Assembly (NCBI RefSeq): GCF_000143415.4
Contig: NW_003314323.1
Location: forward strand, 748,499 to 812,498
Length of the DNA: 64,000 nucleotides
Origin: Selaginella moellendorffii
Taxonomy: Eukaryota; Plantae; Lycopodiophyta
Reading direction: 5' to 3'
The notes beneath the pieces are model-generated. The model did not search any database. It was not told the origin of the DNA and worked only from the letters and a program-made list of their open reading frames with translations. Shown here piece after piece: positions 1 to 11,788 of this stretch (position 1 is its first letter; each line of letters begins with the position of its first letter). The position numbers and the translations under genes were made by a program.

Positions 1-1279
1 CGAATGATCGTCTCGGGGGCTTCTTTGACAGCCTTTGCAAGTATGCCAGATACAGTCGGTTCGAAGTAAAGGCTACCTTGAGGCATGGGGACTTGCTCAA
101 CACAGCCAACATGGTGTGCTCTCTCAGCTTCGATCGGGACGAGGAATTCTTTGCAACAGCTGGAGTGTGCAAGAAGATCAAGGTGTTCGAGTGCGATACG
201 GTTCTCAACGAGCATGTTGACATTCATTACCCGGTGGTGGAGATGGCTAGCAGATCCAAGCTTAGCAATATCTGCTGGAATAGCTACATCAAGAGTCACC
301 TTGCTTCAAGTGATTACGATGGTGTAATACAGGTACTCTTTGCGATTCATCTTCTGTGCAAACATGACACCTTCATTTTACGCAGCTTTGGGACGCTAGT
401 ACCAGTCAGACACTCGTAGAGTACAAAGAACACGAGAAACGGGCGTGGTCTGTGGATTTTTCGCATGCAGACCCGACGAAGCTCGCAAGTGGTAGCGATG
501 ATGGAACTGTAAAACTGTGGAGCATAAACCAGGTAGGAACAGCCGTATTTCTTTCTTATCATTTAAACTCAAATCCTTGTGTGTGTACTCCAGGAAGCAA
601 GCACTGGAACGATTAAGACCAAAGCCAACGTTTGCTGCGTCCAGTTTCCTTCCGACTCAGCGCACTTACTTACCTTCGGCTCGGCTGACTACAAGATCTA
701 TTGTTACGACTTGAGGAATACAAAGGGTCCCCTGTGCATCCTGTCGAGCCACAACAAGGCCGTGAGCTACGTAAGGTTCGTTGATTCCTCGACGATCGTC
801 TCAGCCTCGACGGATAACACACTCAAGCTGTGGGACCTGAGCAAAGTGATGAGAAATGGAAACTCTAGCAACGCGTGCGGCTTGACTTACACGGGGCATA
901 CAAACGAGAAGGTAGCGACTCTCTTTCGATATCTTCGTGTCTCTTACGTCGTGAACCGACTTGCTTGAGCAGAATTTCGTTGGATTGTCTGTATCCGATG
1001 GCTACATCGCGTGTGGCTCAGAGACAAACGCCGTAAGTCGACCGTAGCTTTTCTTTCGGAAACCTCTCATTCCATCCATTTTCGCAGGTGTTTTGCTATC
1101 ACAAGTCACTCCCGATGCCACTGGCGACTCACAAGTTTGGCTCCTCGGACCCGGTCTCCGGCCAGGAAAACGAAGACGATGGAGGTCAGTTTGTCTCGAG
1201 CGTGTGCTGGAGAGGCAAATCGCAGACTCTCCTCGCTGCAAACTCCATGGGAAACATCAAAGTCCTCGAGCTGGTTTAA
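1..1279 (+). CDS. SPA: SPA1-related (SUPPRESSOR OF PHYA-105 family) protein, C-terminal WD40 exons; 5' part outside window
   Basis: Exon translations [127 protein letters not shown] match the SPA/COP1 WD40 repeat and are closer to SPA. Short GT-AG introns at about 332-385, 533-592, 912-972, 1033-1087. Confidence 0.9.
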
Positions 1280-1313
1280 GCAGAGGAGTTGCAATTTTTG
1301 AGGAACGAAGAAC

Positions 1314-1647
1314 AAAATATCTTCCTCCAAAGCTGTAAAGAGAAAAAGTGAGCTGTATCATTGTAAATGGTGGACGCAATTCCACGAAAGGTTTTTTCTT
1401 AAGATCGTCTTTACCCGTCCCAGCGTGCGCCACGTCGCCCTAGATTTAGGCCACACACGTGGCTAAAATATCAAGCTGGATATCCGAGACCATATCTCCG
1501 CACAATGCGCTGGCCGTTGGATCCGCGGAAATCAATCCCGACGCTCTGATTGGCCTCGGAAATCCATTACTTTATTTTGAATGCTTGCCACGTCGGATGG
1601 AAATATCTCCCAGGGCCCGCCACGTGTGCCGTGAAAGAAAGATATTT
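1314..1647 (+). promoter_or_regulatory. Cluster of evening-element-like motifs and G-boxes upstream of the PRR gene
   Basis: AAAATATCT 1314-1322, AAAATATCA 1465-1473, AAATATCT 1601-1608, AGATATTT (reverse) 1640-1647; CACGTG 1456-1461 and 1621-1626; GCCACGTC at about 1429 and 1587. Confidence 0.6.
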
Positions 1648-1798
1648 CGATCGTTGGCTACTTGACGACGGGGTTTTCTGTGGTTTGTGGAGTGTCTCAT
1701 TCTAGGTTTTTGCCCTGGATCGAGGTTTGTAGCGCGATTTTTGCGAGGAATTCGGCTGTGCGCGGCCCGATTTCGAGGTCAGATCGCCCAATGGTGCG

Positions 1799-4383
1799 AT
1801 GACAATGAGGCAGGCAGGGATTCTTGATGCGCCGAATGGCGCGGGCGCTGGAATTGGCGGGGAGAGTGGGAAATTGAGGCCACACTCACAGCACGGTGAA
1901 GGGTGGGAAAATCTTCCTCCATACAAGCAGCTCAAAGTCCTCCTCGTTGAAGATGATGATTCCACGAGGCATGTCGTGGCTGCTTTGCTACGCAATTGTG
2001 GCTATCAGGGTATGCGTTTGGAGAGCTTTGATTTCTTCTTTCCTTTTTCTACTGAAGAACAGGACTGATACATTTCTTCTTCTTCTTCTTACAGTTGTGC
2101 CTGCTGCAAATGGTTTGCAAGCGTGGTCTTTACTCGACGATCGCAACCGGGAGATCGATCTGGTTCTTACGGACGTGGTGATGCCGGGCTTGTCAGGACT
2201 TGGACTGCTCTCGAAGATAATGCATCACAAGAACCACCAGAAAGTTCCTGTTGTCAGTAAGTAGTTTGTTTTGGGTTGATCGATCGAGCCGGGGGTTTAA
2301 CGTTGCTTGTGTGAATGCAGTGATGTCGTCTCACGATTCGACGAATGTGGTTTTCAAGTGCCTGACGAAAGGAGCTGCGGACTTTTTGGTGAAGCCCGTG
2401 CGCAAGAACGAGCTGAAAAACCTGTGGCAGCATGCTTGGAGGAAAGCTCGAAGTGTACGTGTTATGCTCTTCTTGTTTTGATCGAGAGAGAACAAAAGAG
2501 TAACTTTTCTTATATCAATCGATGCAGTCGAGTGGAAGTGAAAGCGAAACAGGGAGATTAAACAAATGTGGAGGCTCCTGCGGCGAATTAAGCAGTGATT
2601 CTGGAAGTGAGGAAATCCGCATTTCTGATCAAAGTGACACGGAGGTAAAGACTAATTTCCATGTTATCTGTGTTTTGATTTCTCTCCATTCTCAGAGTTC
2701 GTGCACGAAAAAGGTGGCGGAGCTGGAGAGCCCACGAAAGTCCAGGCCGCAAGCTTTCACAAAACCAAAGCCGTGTCCGCCATCCAGGCGGGCACGCCGG
2801 ACGAAAGGTACACGCTCAAGTTCGTCTGATGCTTTTGTTTCGGCTTAAAAAGCTTTGCGGATAATTTCTGAAACATGTCTAGTGACGCCTGCAGATTCTG
2901 ACACGGTCGATGATGTTGGTGCCCGTCTCAAACCCACGGATTCACCAGCAGACACGGATCGAGCAATGGAGGCTGTGGACTTGATTGGAAACATTGCCGA
3001 GCCGAGCACGGCCAAGGCCGCCGAGGAATTCGAGTCCGAGATGGGGGCAAGCAACAGCCCGGAAGTCATCCTAGAACGAGATGTGAGCTCCTCAGACCCG
3101 GCGCCAACGTCGGGAAATCTGGAGCTCGCTCTCAAAAGTCCTGCCCCGGACCACGCTTACGAGCCGAGCTATGTCTTAAACCAGTCAGGACCTTCTGCCT
3201 TCTCAAGGTCATTTTTTCTCTTCTCCTAGCTTCAGATGCTAACACTTACGCATCAAATGTAGGTACAACACGAAACAAAAACAAGCTATTGATCATCACC
3301 ACCAACAGCAACAGCAGCAGCAGCAGCAGCAGCAACATCAACAACAGCAACACCAGTTTTCTTCCACAGCAAGTGTCCAACTTCCAGGCCAGATTTTTAC
3401 GAACGGAGGAACACAAACTGGAAGGTCAAACGATCAGGCAGCGGCGGCCGCAGCAGCAGCAACGGCAGCAGCAACAGCAGCGTTCTTTGCTAGGCCCGAG
3501 CAGCAGCATCATATAGTCACTCCGGTGCAATACGCGACAGTACTTTCTTACGACCAGAGCTTACCAGCGAGAGGAGGAGCTACCTATTACTACACACAGC
3601 CGGCTTTGCCGCCATGGCAGCACGCTTTCTCACCACAACAGCAGCCTCGCCTCGACAATCCAGACTTCGTGGAGCAGCAGCAGCGTCAGCAGCAGCACTT
3701 CGTGGAGCAACAACAGCGTCAGCAGCAGCAGCACGAAGAACAAAAGCACCGGAGTTTCCAAGCGTTTACAAACATCATGGCTCACCACCACCACTACCAC
3801 ATCGAGCACCACCACCACGATAAAGCCAGCGGTAGCAACGAGCTTGAGACTCCGGGCTGTGGCTCCACGAACGTCGCTGGAGATGGTAGCGGTGGTGTTG
3901 GTGGTGGTGAGCTCCACTCAAGTTTGCACGCCTCCAACAATAATGGTGGCAGTGGGAATGGGAATGGTTGGAGCAGCTATGGAAACAATGGCAGCGTGAG
4001 TGGAAGCAACCATGGCAGCAACAACGTTTACAACGACAGCACCGCCAAGATGAGTAACTTTGGCAGCTGCTGCAATGGTGGCGATAGCAATCCGGGCTCC
4101 AACAATTGTGGCGCTCCGGCCGAGAACGCCGCCAACAACAGCAAAGTCAGGCGAGAGGCCGCCCTGAACAAGTTTAGACAGAAACGAAAGGAGAGGTGCT
4201 TCGAGAAGAAGGTACTCGCCATTCTTTGTTTCATTTTCTTTGGCACGTCTCACACTCGTTTCTTTCTTCCAGGTTCGGTATCAAAGTAGGAAGAGGCTTG
4301 CGGAGCAGCGCCCTCGAGTGAGGGGCCAATTTGTGAGCCAAGCGGTGTTCGATTCGTCCATCGACAATGTACCATGTCAATAG
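1799..4383 (+). CDS. PRR: Pseudo-response regulator, circadian clock PRR (PRR7/3/5/9-like): receiver domain plus CCT motif
   Basis: Receiver [24 protein letters not shown]...[10 protein letters not shown]...[17 protein letters not shown]; EAR-like LELALK; SAFSRY motif across an intron; [44 protein letters not shown]; stop TAG at 4381-4383. Confidence 0.93.
3295..3510 (+). repeat. CAG/CAA and GCA trinucleotide tracts encoding polyQ and polyA in the PRR
   Basis: Visible (cag)n runs at 3303-3350 and 3438-3510; further Q/H-rich runs at 3670-3820. Confidence 0.8.
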
Positions 4384-4565
4384 TGTACAGACAATGAGTT
4401 TTTTCTTGGCCTTTTTTTTGTTTCTCTAATGTTATCAAAAGATGCAATTTGACCTTCGTGTTCTTCTCGCCTGTAGCGATTCCATGCTTAAGTCTCTGGA
4501 AATGCCAGTGCTTGCAAAAAGTAGGAAGAAAAAAAAACTAGAAGTTTATTCACTTCGATGAGACT

Positions 4566-5735
4566 CTAGTCCGACTTGCCACTGTGATCATCACTGTCGT
4601 CAATCGGGGCGTATGAATCGTGGAGAACCAGATCTTTCATGTTCTTGAGGTGCTCGTTTCCATCGCCAATCTCGTCCTCCTCTCGCACCTCCCGTCCCAC
4701 CGCACTCCCTTCCAACGCCGGATCCACAAACTCCTTGATGGTCTCGCTCACAACTCCGCCGCCCTCCGGATCATCCTTCTCGCTCTGCCAGTGCTCCTCC
4801 GCCAGCTTCCTCTCGCCATCCTTGTTCACGTCCTCGGCATCCACCGCCTTGTGCTTCTCGGGATCCAGCTCCAAACTCTCCGCGCCTCTCTCCGCCTCCG
4901 ATCGCAGCTTCTCCACGCCACTCGATCCCGAAACCTGCTGAGCTTGCTGCTCCATCTTCCTCTGCAACTCTCCTACGTTCTTCTGGACGTCTCCCGCGGC
5001 TCGCGACGCCGATTCCTGGACGCCACCGAGCCTGCTCTTGAGTTCCTCGAGGCTCTTCTTAGCGGCCTCCACGACTTTGTTCCCTCTCTGCCCGGCCTCC
5101 TCGGCCGCCTCCACCAGGACGCTCACTCGCTTCTCCACTTCCCCTCGAGCAGCCTCCAGTCCCTGTCTTGCCTTCTGTCCACTCTCCAAGCTCGCCTTCA
5201 CGGCCCCCTCCACGTTCTTGTGTAGCTCTTGTCCTAGCCCGGCAACCGGACTCTCCGACCCGGACCCGAGGTGCTCGGCCTCCACCTCGGACGCTCGCTC
5301 GGCCGTTTTTTCCAAGTTCTCGGTCACTTCTTCCACTGCCTCGCCGGTCTTGGATGCTATAGCTCCGGCTTCGTGCTCAGCCTCTTCATGCACTCTCTCG
5401 GGGCTCTCCACCGCCGACTCCGATGCTACATGCGTGACGCTCTCGCGAACATCCTCCTTTTTGACATCCTCGTTTTTGACTTGCTCGTGGTCGGGGACTT
5501 CGATCACCAGCTTCGCGGGCTCGGACTGGCCCGGCGTCTCTGCCTGGATCGTCAACCGGATGGAAGATTTCTTGCTGCCTTCATCACCCTCTAGAGCTGC
5601 TCTCGTCGTGAAACAGGAAAGAGTACCTCTTCTACACGCTCCGCTCGGAAAACAAACCTTTTGGATCGACGGAGAGCGCAAACGATTCCCATTGATGAAC
5701 GAGACACTCGCATTCATCGCAACTACGGCCTCCAT
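4566..5735 (-). CDS. Intronless acidic Glu/Ala/Lys-rich protein of unknown function, possibly plastid-targeted, LEA/coiled-coil-like
   Basis: Long ORF with first ATG at 5735 (MEAVVAMNASVSF...). The N-terminus is rich in S/R/C and ends in TTRA-A like a transit peptide; the rest is E/A/K-rich and helical. Confidence 0.65.
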   Translation of the reverse strand: MEAVVAMNASVSFINGNRLRSPSIQKVCFPSGACRRGTLSCFTTRAALEGDEGSKKSSIRLTIQAETPGQSEPAKLVIEVPDHEQVKNEDVKKEDVRESVTHVASESAVESPERVHEEAEHEAGAIASKTGEAVEEVTENLEKTAERASEVEAEHLGSGSESPVAGLGQELHKNVEGAVKASLESGQKARQGLEAARGEVEKRVSVLVEAAEEAGQRGNKVVEAAKKSLEELKSRLGGVQESASRAAGDVQKNVGELQRKMEQQAQQVSGSSGVEKLRSEAERGAESLELDPEKHKAVDAEDVNKDGERKLAEEHWQSEKDDPEGGGVVSETIKEFVDPALEGSAVGREVREEDEIGDGNEHLKNMKDLVLHDSYAPIDDSDDHSGKSD

Positions 5736-6040
5736 AGCTTTTTCCACACTTGGGAGCAGCGTCAGTGCTCTCTTTTTTAGGGCTCCAGGCGCACAGTTGG
5801 CGGTTCCGGTGCTTGCCACGCTGCAAGAACAGGTGTCAGCCACCACGCCTACGAGATAAAAAAATCACCAAGTTGAAAACTTGACAAGTACCTGTCAAAC
5901 TACACGTCTTCTATCAAAAGCTCGATAATTTATATTCAAAGATCTGCAAGACACAGAGAATTCGAAGAACATGAGTACGGTGGCGATCGAGAGGTGTGTA
6001 CGTAACAACAGGACTCACAACAATTGGACACTTGGAATCT

Positions 6041-7011
6041 TCAACAGGCGCAGCTGCCAGCGTTCTCGGGAGGAGGAGGCTCGTTGCCCGGTCTCAGGAT
6101 GTTCTTCTTCACTGACTTGGCCTCAGCTACCAAGCTGGGCGTTTCCAGAATCTGCGCAAAAACAAGGAGAGAAGAAGACCATTTAGTTGGTAGCAGCCTT
6201 GAATTTTTCAGAGCCTTCCCACCTTCCTGACAAGCTCTTCGAAACACTGTTGGACGTTGATGCGAGTCTTTGCGCTGCTCTCCAGGAACAAGCAGCCATA
6301 CTTCCGGGCGAACGCAATGCCCTCGTGTTGTGAGACCGCGCGCTCGGAATCCTGGAGTTCAAAGGAAAGGAGTCAGACAAATTCATCGGAAACAATAGTA
6401 CAGACCCTGTCGACTTTGTTTCCAACCAGCAGCTTCACACAATCCTGGTTAGTCGAGTAGAGCTCGACCTCTTTGAGCCAAACATCTTGAAGATTCGTGA
6501 ATGTATCTCTCCTAGTAACATCATAAACTGCGAAAGAGAAGAAAAACAAATGAGCTACAAGCAAAGAGAAAGTAAAGCTCGAGATACGCGTACCAAGAAT
6601 GACGCCTTGAGCTCCTCGATAGTATGAACTCGTGAGTGTTCTAAATCTTTCCTGCCCAGCTACGCGAGATCAAGAAAAAAAAAACTCTCAAAACTCATAC
6701 AAGAGATAGCTGTGCTCAAGTTACCGGTGTCCCAGATCGTGAGCTTGAGCCTCTTCCCTTCCAATGTCATGAGCTTGAGCTTAAAATCCACACCTGTGTG
6801 AAGAAGAAGATGAAAATCCTCTCTTACTCTTACTTTTGGAGGCATTGGGGATCCACTCACCGATTGTGGGGGAGAGATCGTCGAATGTGTCGGCGGTGAA
6901 TCGCAGCAGCAAGCTGCTCTTGCCGACACCGGAATCTCCGATGAGCAGTATCTTGAAGAGGTGATCAAACTCATTGCCGCTCACCGACGAAGACGAGGAG
7001 GAGAGCGCCAT
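6041..7011 (-). CDS. RABC1: Rab GTPase RabC (Rab18-like)
   Basis: [71 protein letters not shown]-terminal GSCAC* prenylation motif; multi-exon. Confidence 0.92.
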
Positions 7012-7154
7012 TGGCAAGAGGATGTAGCGCACGGCCTTCACTTACAAGTGGGAATGGATCGATCCCACAGCTCCTCCCCCTTCTCCACCTAGGGCAAACT
7101 AAAAAATAAAATCCTTTCCACGCGTCACTCTCTGTTTTTTAGGGTTCCTCAAAG

Positions 7155-8599
7155 ATGCAGTGCTTGTGCCCGCGAGCGTCCGGAGGAGTGGTGGCCGCGA
7201 TTAGGGCAGAAGCCGGGGCGAAGGTGTCGATCAAATCGCGGGGCAGCGCCCAGCTTCAGCGCTGGGCGAGGGCGCGGCGTGCCAGGACGCTCATCAATCA
7301 GAAGAGCAATTCGAATGCGGCGGGTGTGCTGGACAGGGAAGGCGCCAAGAGCGACGAGAGCGATCGGGATGACGATCGGGATCGGGATGAGGAGGAAGAC
7401 GATGGCAGGGCTGGGGGGAAATCCGTGTTTATGGTGTCGGATGGCACGGGATGGACTGTGGATCACTCGGTTCACGCCGCCTTGGGGCAATTCGAGCATT
7501 GCTTGGCTGACAGGGGATGCGCTGTGAATACTCATCTCTTCTCCGAGGTAAGCTCTACGCTATCCTTGCTTTTTTTTCTCTTCAAAGCTACATTATCTTG
7601 AGTTTTCTTGCCTCTTCTTTCTCTTCTTATCTCTTGCAACAATGCGAGTGAGGAAAAAGAGACTCTTTTCTGTTTTGGCTTCTACAGTTTCATGTTTTCT
7701 ATGGCTGAATGTTTCGTCCATGAGAAGTTCCGAGCCAAACACGTAGAGAAAACGTTCTTCCGTCATGGAGAAACTCACGACAGTGTTTTAGATGGTTCCT
7801 TTAGGTGAATGACATCGATCGATTAATGGGAGTGATCCACCAAGCCGGCGCAGAAGGAGCCATCCTGGTCTACACACTTGCGGATCCAGCCATGGCCGAG
7901 GCGGCGAAAAGGGCTTGCCAGATGCTCGCAGTTCCTTATCTAGATATCCTGGGACCGATCACAGACGCTCTCGGCTCACACCTCAACGTCATCCCACTGG
8001 GACTTCCCCGAGGAGCTCCCGGACGCAAGAGCGCACTCTCCAAGCAGTACTTCAAGAGGATCGAAGCGGTGGACTTCACCATCAAGCAGGACGATGGAGC
8101 TCTCCCACAAAACTTACACAAGGCCGACCTGGTCCTGGTGGGAGTTTCCAGGACGAGCAAGACACCTCTGTCGACGTACTTGGCTCAGATGGGATACAAA
8201 GTCGCGAACGTCCCTTTGGTGCTTGGGATCGAAGCACCAAAGGAGCTCTTCCAGATTGACCAAGACAAGATCTATGGCCTCACCATCGACCCGACGTTCT
8301 TGAGATCTATTCGTGCTGCTCGCTACCGCCACCTGGGGCTTGGGAAAGAAACCAAGAGCTCGTATTTCGACATGGAGCACATAAGAACGGAGCTCCAGTA
8401 CAGTAGGGAGCTGTTTAAGAAGAATCCAACATGGCCAGTGATTGGTATGTTTGTTTCAGACTTTGTTGATCTTCTCATTATGAGGTTTTTTTCAGAGGTG
8501 ACGGGGAAGGCCATAGAAGAAACAGCCGCAGTGATATTGAGGATTTATCACGAGCGCAAGAATAAGTACGTTATACCAAGGATCTCGAAACGGTATTGA
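7155..8599 (+). CDS. RP1: Pyruvate, phosphate dikinase regulatory protein (bifunctional kinase/pyrophosphorylase, DUF299 family), with probable transit peptide
   Basis: [67 protein letters not shown]. Exons about 7155-7547, 7805-8443, 8497-8599. Confidence 0.92.
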
Positions 8600-9971
8600 T
8601 CAATATTGTATAGTTTTCGCTAACACAAGCTATGAGTCTTTGTTATCTTTATCTTTTGGACACGATAAGTTTCTGCTTATCCAGTGGCCTAGAACAAGCA
8701 ATGCCATCTTCCTCGACGTATTCCTGTCGATCGTGGATGATCAGCTTCCAGATCTGGTATGACGAAGACAAGCTTGTAACACCACGGCGGCGCCCGGTCG
8801 CCACGCCACCGGCCAAACTCCTTGATGGCTTGAGTGATGTTGCGAAGATTGAATTAAGGTATTTGTGTCCAGAAAAATCGAAATCACCATCGCTTCTTCG
8901 CAAGCTTTTCTTCAAAAGACTTGCTGAGCGTTCCACTTTTTTTTGTTGCATTGCAGTTAAATAATGTTATGTAAGTTATTTTATGTATACGGATTTTCAT
9001 TTTACAACAACAAAGTCAATCCCAATTCTCACAGTTTTAAAAGAACAAAAAGAATCAACTCTCAAGAATCCAGAATCAACTATAGTGGTTATGTGTTTAT
9101 CTGATTCTTACAGTATTGAAAGAACAGAAAGAATCAACTCTCGAGAATCCATAATCAACTATAATGGTCATATGTTTATCTAGACAGCTTAAAGATGTTC
9201 TTTGCATGCTCTCAAAAGAAAAGGTGCAACTGCGTTGTTGAAGTATGTCAAGCATGCAACTAGATCATCTGAAAAAAACCAACACAACGTTAGTAATGTA
9301 GTTTTCTTATCAGAACAGGAGCCAATGGCAGTTGAGCAGGACCAAGAGGAGCAACACCTCAATCTTATGTTGAACAGCTGCACCAACAAATCCAGCCTTA
9401 GACACAGGCTGCGTTATAAGAGTGGCTCCCTACAAGTTTCCAAGTCGATAACATAATCCAAAACTTCAACAATCTAGCCAGATGCTTAGATTCTGAAACA
9501 GTCCCTTCCAGGCTGCATCTACAGTCCAGATGCTTACGTTGATCGCTAGCACGGTTTCGTCATATAGTGCGCTTACGATCACTTGCAATTTTACTTGCCA
9601 ATATATCGCTCCCATTATGTAAACTTGATTCACAGTATGGATCTCGTGGGATTTCTCTATATAATGCAAGCACTCTCAGAAATCGAAAATGATGGCAACC
9701 GAGTCCTATTTACAAACGACACTAGAGAGTTGTGCTCCGGGTTTTGATATTGTGCCTACCGAGATGGGATGACGAGCTCAGTGCGTTTGAACAGCAGATG
9801 GCTTCTTTCTGCAAGAAAATCTCTTCTTCACTTGGCCGAGAGGCTGAGATCAGATGCGCAGGTGTGTCGTTGTGCAATTCCTCAATGGAGTTTTACTTAA
9901 CGACACTTCCGCCTTTGAGAATCTTATTGAGAATCCGGCAAGTGGTGCAATGTTATATGATGTTTGAAGGA

Positions 9972-11180
9972 TCAAGCCAAATCGTTACGCAGTCTCCCGA
10001 TCGTGGCACCCTCAGCCCTCGGGTTTAGTTTGCGTCGTTTGTTTCCTTCTTCTTCCTCGTCTTCTTCATCCACTTCATCATCGCTCCTGTCCCTGCAACT
10101 CACCTCTTCATCTCCATTGCCCAAAAAGTAACAAATTTTAGCATTGATCACCTTCTTCAACCCGTCTCTAGCAACATCGTCCCATGTCTTGGCACTCTCG
10201 CTATCGTCTTTTTCATCGTCCAAAAGTTTAAAATCACCACTTCTCGCATACTTCACTACAACTTTCACCATGTCCTCATTGCCCAGCCAAATTGGAACTT
10301 CAGCCAGTTTCTTGTTGTGACTACTATGTTTCAGTGCTCGTGAGAAAAGTTCCGAGAAGAGCTGCGTCACCTTCATCCTTCTTCAAGCCAAACAGCCCGG
10401 CTGCTTTTTTCTTTTAACCAAGAGCCCCCAATCCCAATCTTCCAGTTTCCTCACCGCTTCATGGAACTTCTCGTCCATAGCCAAGAGTAGCACAAGCGCA
10501 TCGGCACTCTTAATCTCACTTAGCCCGCCATAGATTTCTTCAAGGTCAACATCCTTGATGAATCTCTTCCTTCCCAAGGCCATTGCAGTATCAGCTGGCT
10601 TTGGACGCTCCCGAGAGCCGACAAGTAGCGTGGAACGTTGTGAGCGTTCACATCCACAACCTTTGCATTGCTCCGCACCAGGCAGAGCCTTGTCCCGTTA
10701 GACACCTCGGCCAGCTTGTGCTTGCAATCGCAGAAGAAAGCCATCTCAAAGTACCCCGTCCTAGAGAAATCAAAAGTGACACTCTTGTTCTTCCTCCCGT
10801 GACTAATCTCCAGCTTGCCACCCTCGTGCCCGGACTGCATTGGAAGCTGCAAGATCATCGTCGCAAACATGCCTTCTTCCTTTTCCGTATCCCTGTGAGA
10901 CTTGAAGTGACCATACAACAGCAGCTTATAGCCAAGCGCCGCGGCATCGATCCCAAGCTCCTCCATCGCGGGGATGGCCATGTCGAGCACCACCATGCGC
11001 CTTGCCATGTGCGGCGAACGTTGGTGTCGAGCACGGTTTCCTCGCCTTTTCCATAGTGTGCTTGCTCCGACACGGCCCTGAGCTTGAGGAAGCCATCGCT
11101 GGAGAGAGGAAGGGCAGCGCCCTCCACTCGCAAGGAGGTGGGCATGACGAATTTGCCTCCCGTGGCATACTTTTGGCGAA
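9972..11180 (-). pseudogene. 2OG-Fe(II) oxygenase-domain protein relic (N-terminal oxygenase part plus C-terminus; middle deleted)
   Basis: QAHYGKGEETVLDTNVRRTWQ and YKLLLYGHFKSHRDTEKEEGMFATMILQLP...HEGGKLEISH...FFCDCKHKLAEVSNGTRLCL (HxD...H...R pattern) split over several frames. Confidence 0.7.
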
Positions 11181-11788
11181 AGAGTCCATACTCAGTTATA
11201 AACCTACAGTTAGTTTCAAATTTACGGAGCATTTCCTTTTTATATGGATTTTTTTGGCTCAAACCCTCAAACAATTTAGTCTTGCAAACATTGGACTCTT
11301 GTTAGCCATATTTTGCCATCAAATGGATTAATGCAAAGCTAATGGTAGCACTGGGGATCTACACTTCAACAGTCATTACTTGGTGTGAGGATGGTGTGTA
11401 CTTAACCTTGAGGGCAAAAACTAAGCTCACCAAGATCATGGAGCATGGTAAAAAGATAAAAAGAATTTAAACGAATTCTATGTTTGCATAAATTTAAGAT
11501 TTATAAAAATTTAAATTTAAAATATTTTAAGCAATTATTAATTCACATTTTAATATTTACTGTGTCAAACATTATGCTGTCAATATTTAGATGCCAACTC
11601 AAAATTATGGATCGATAGGATTGTGACGAACGCCTGCCTGCGCCCGCAAGTTGGTCGAGCTAGAGATTTTTGGAGCGATCGTATAGATTGCGTACGGCCA
11701 GCCCTGTCTCTCCAATCGTGCCTGAAGCAGGGGTAGATGCTCGCGCAGATGATGCTAACAAATCTATCGTCCGAACTTTAAAGACAAG

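Noticed and set aside
1-1279. Calling the WD40 gene COP1
   Set aside because: [26 protein letters not shown] and [14 protein letters not shown] fit SPA better than COP1 (CPVVEMSTRSKLS, WNK, ANSQGTIKVLVL).
4620-5859. Long plus-strand ORFs (201 and 273 aa)
   Set aside because: Antisense shadows of the GC-rich minus-strand gene.
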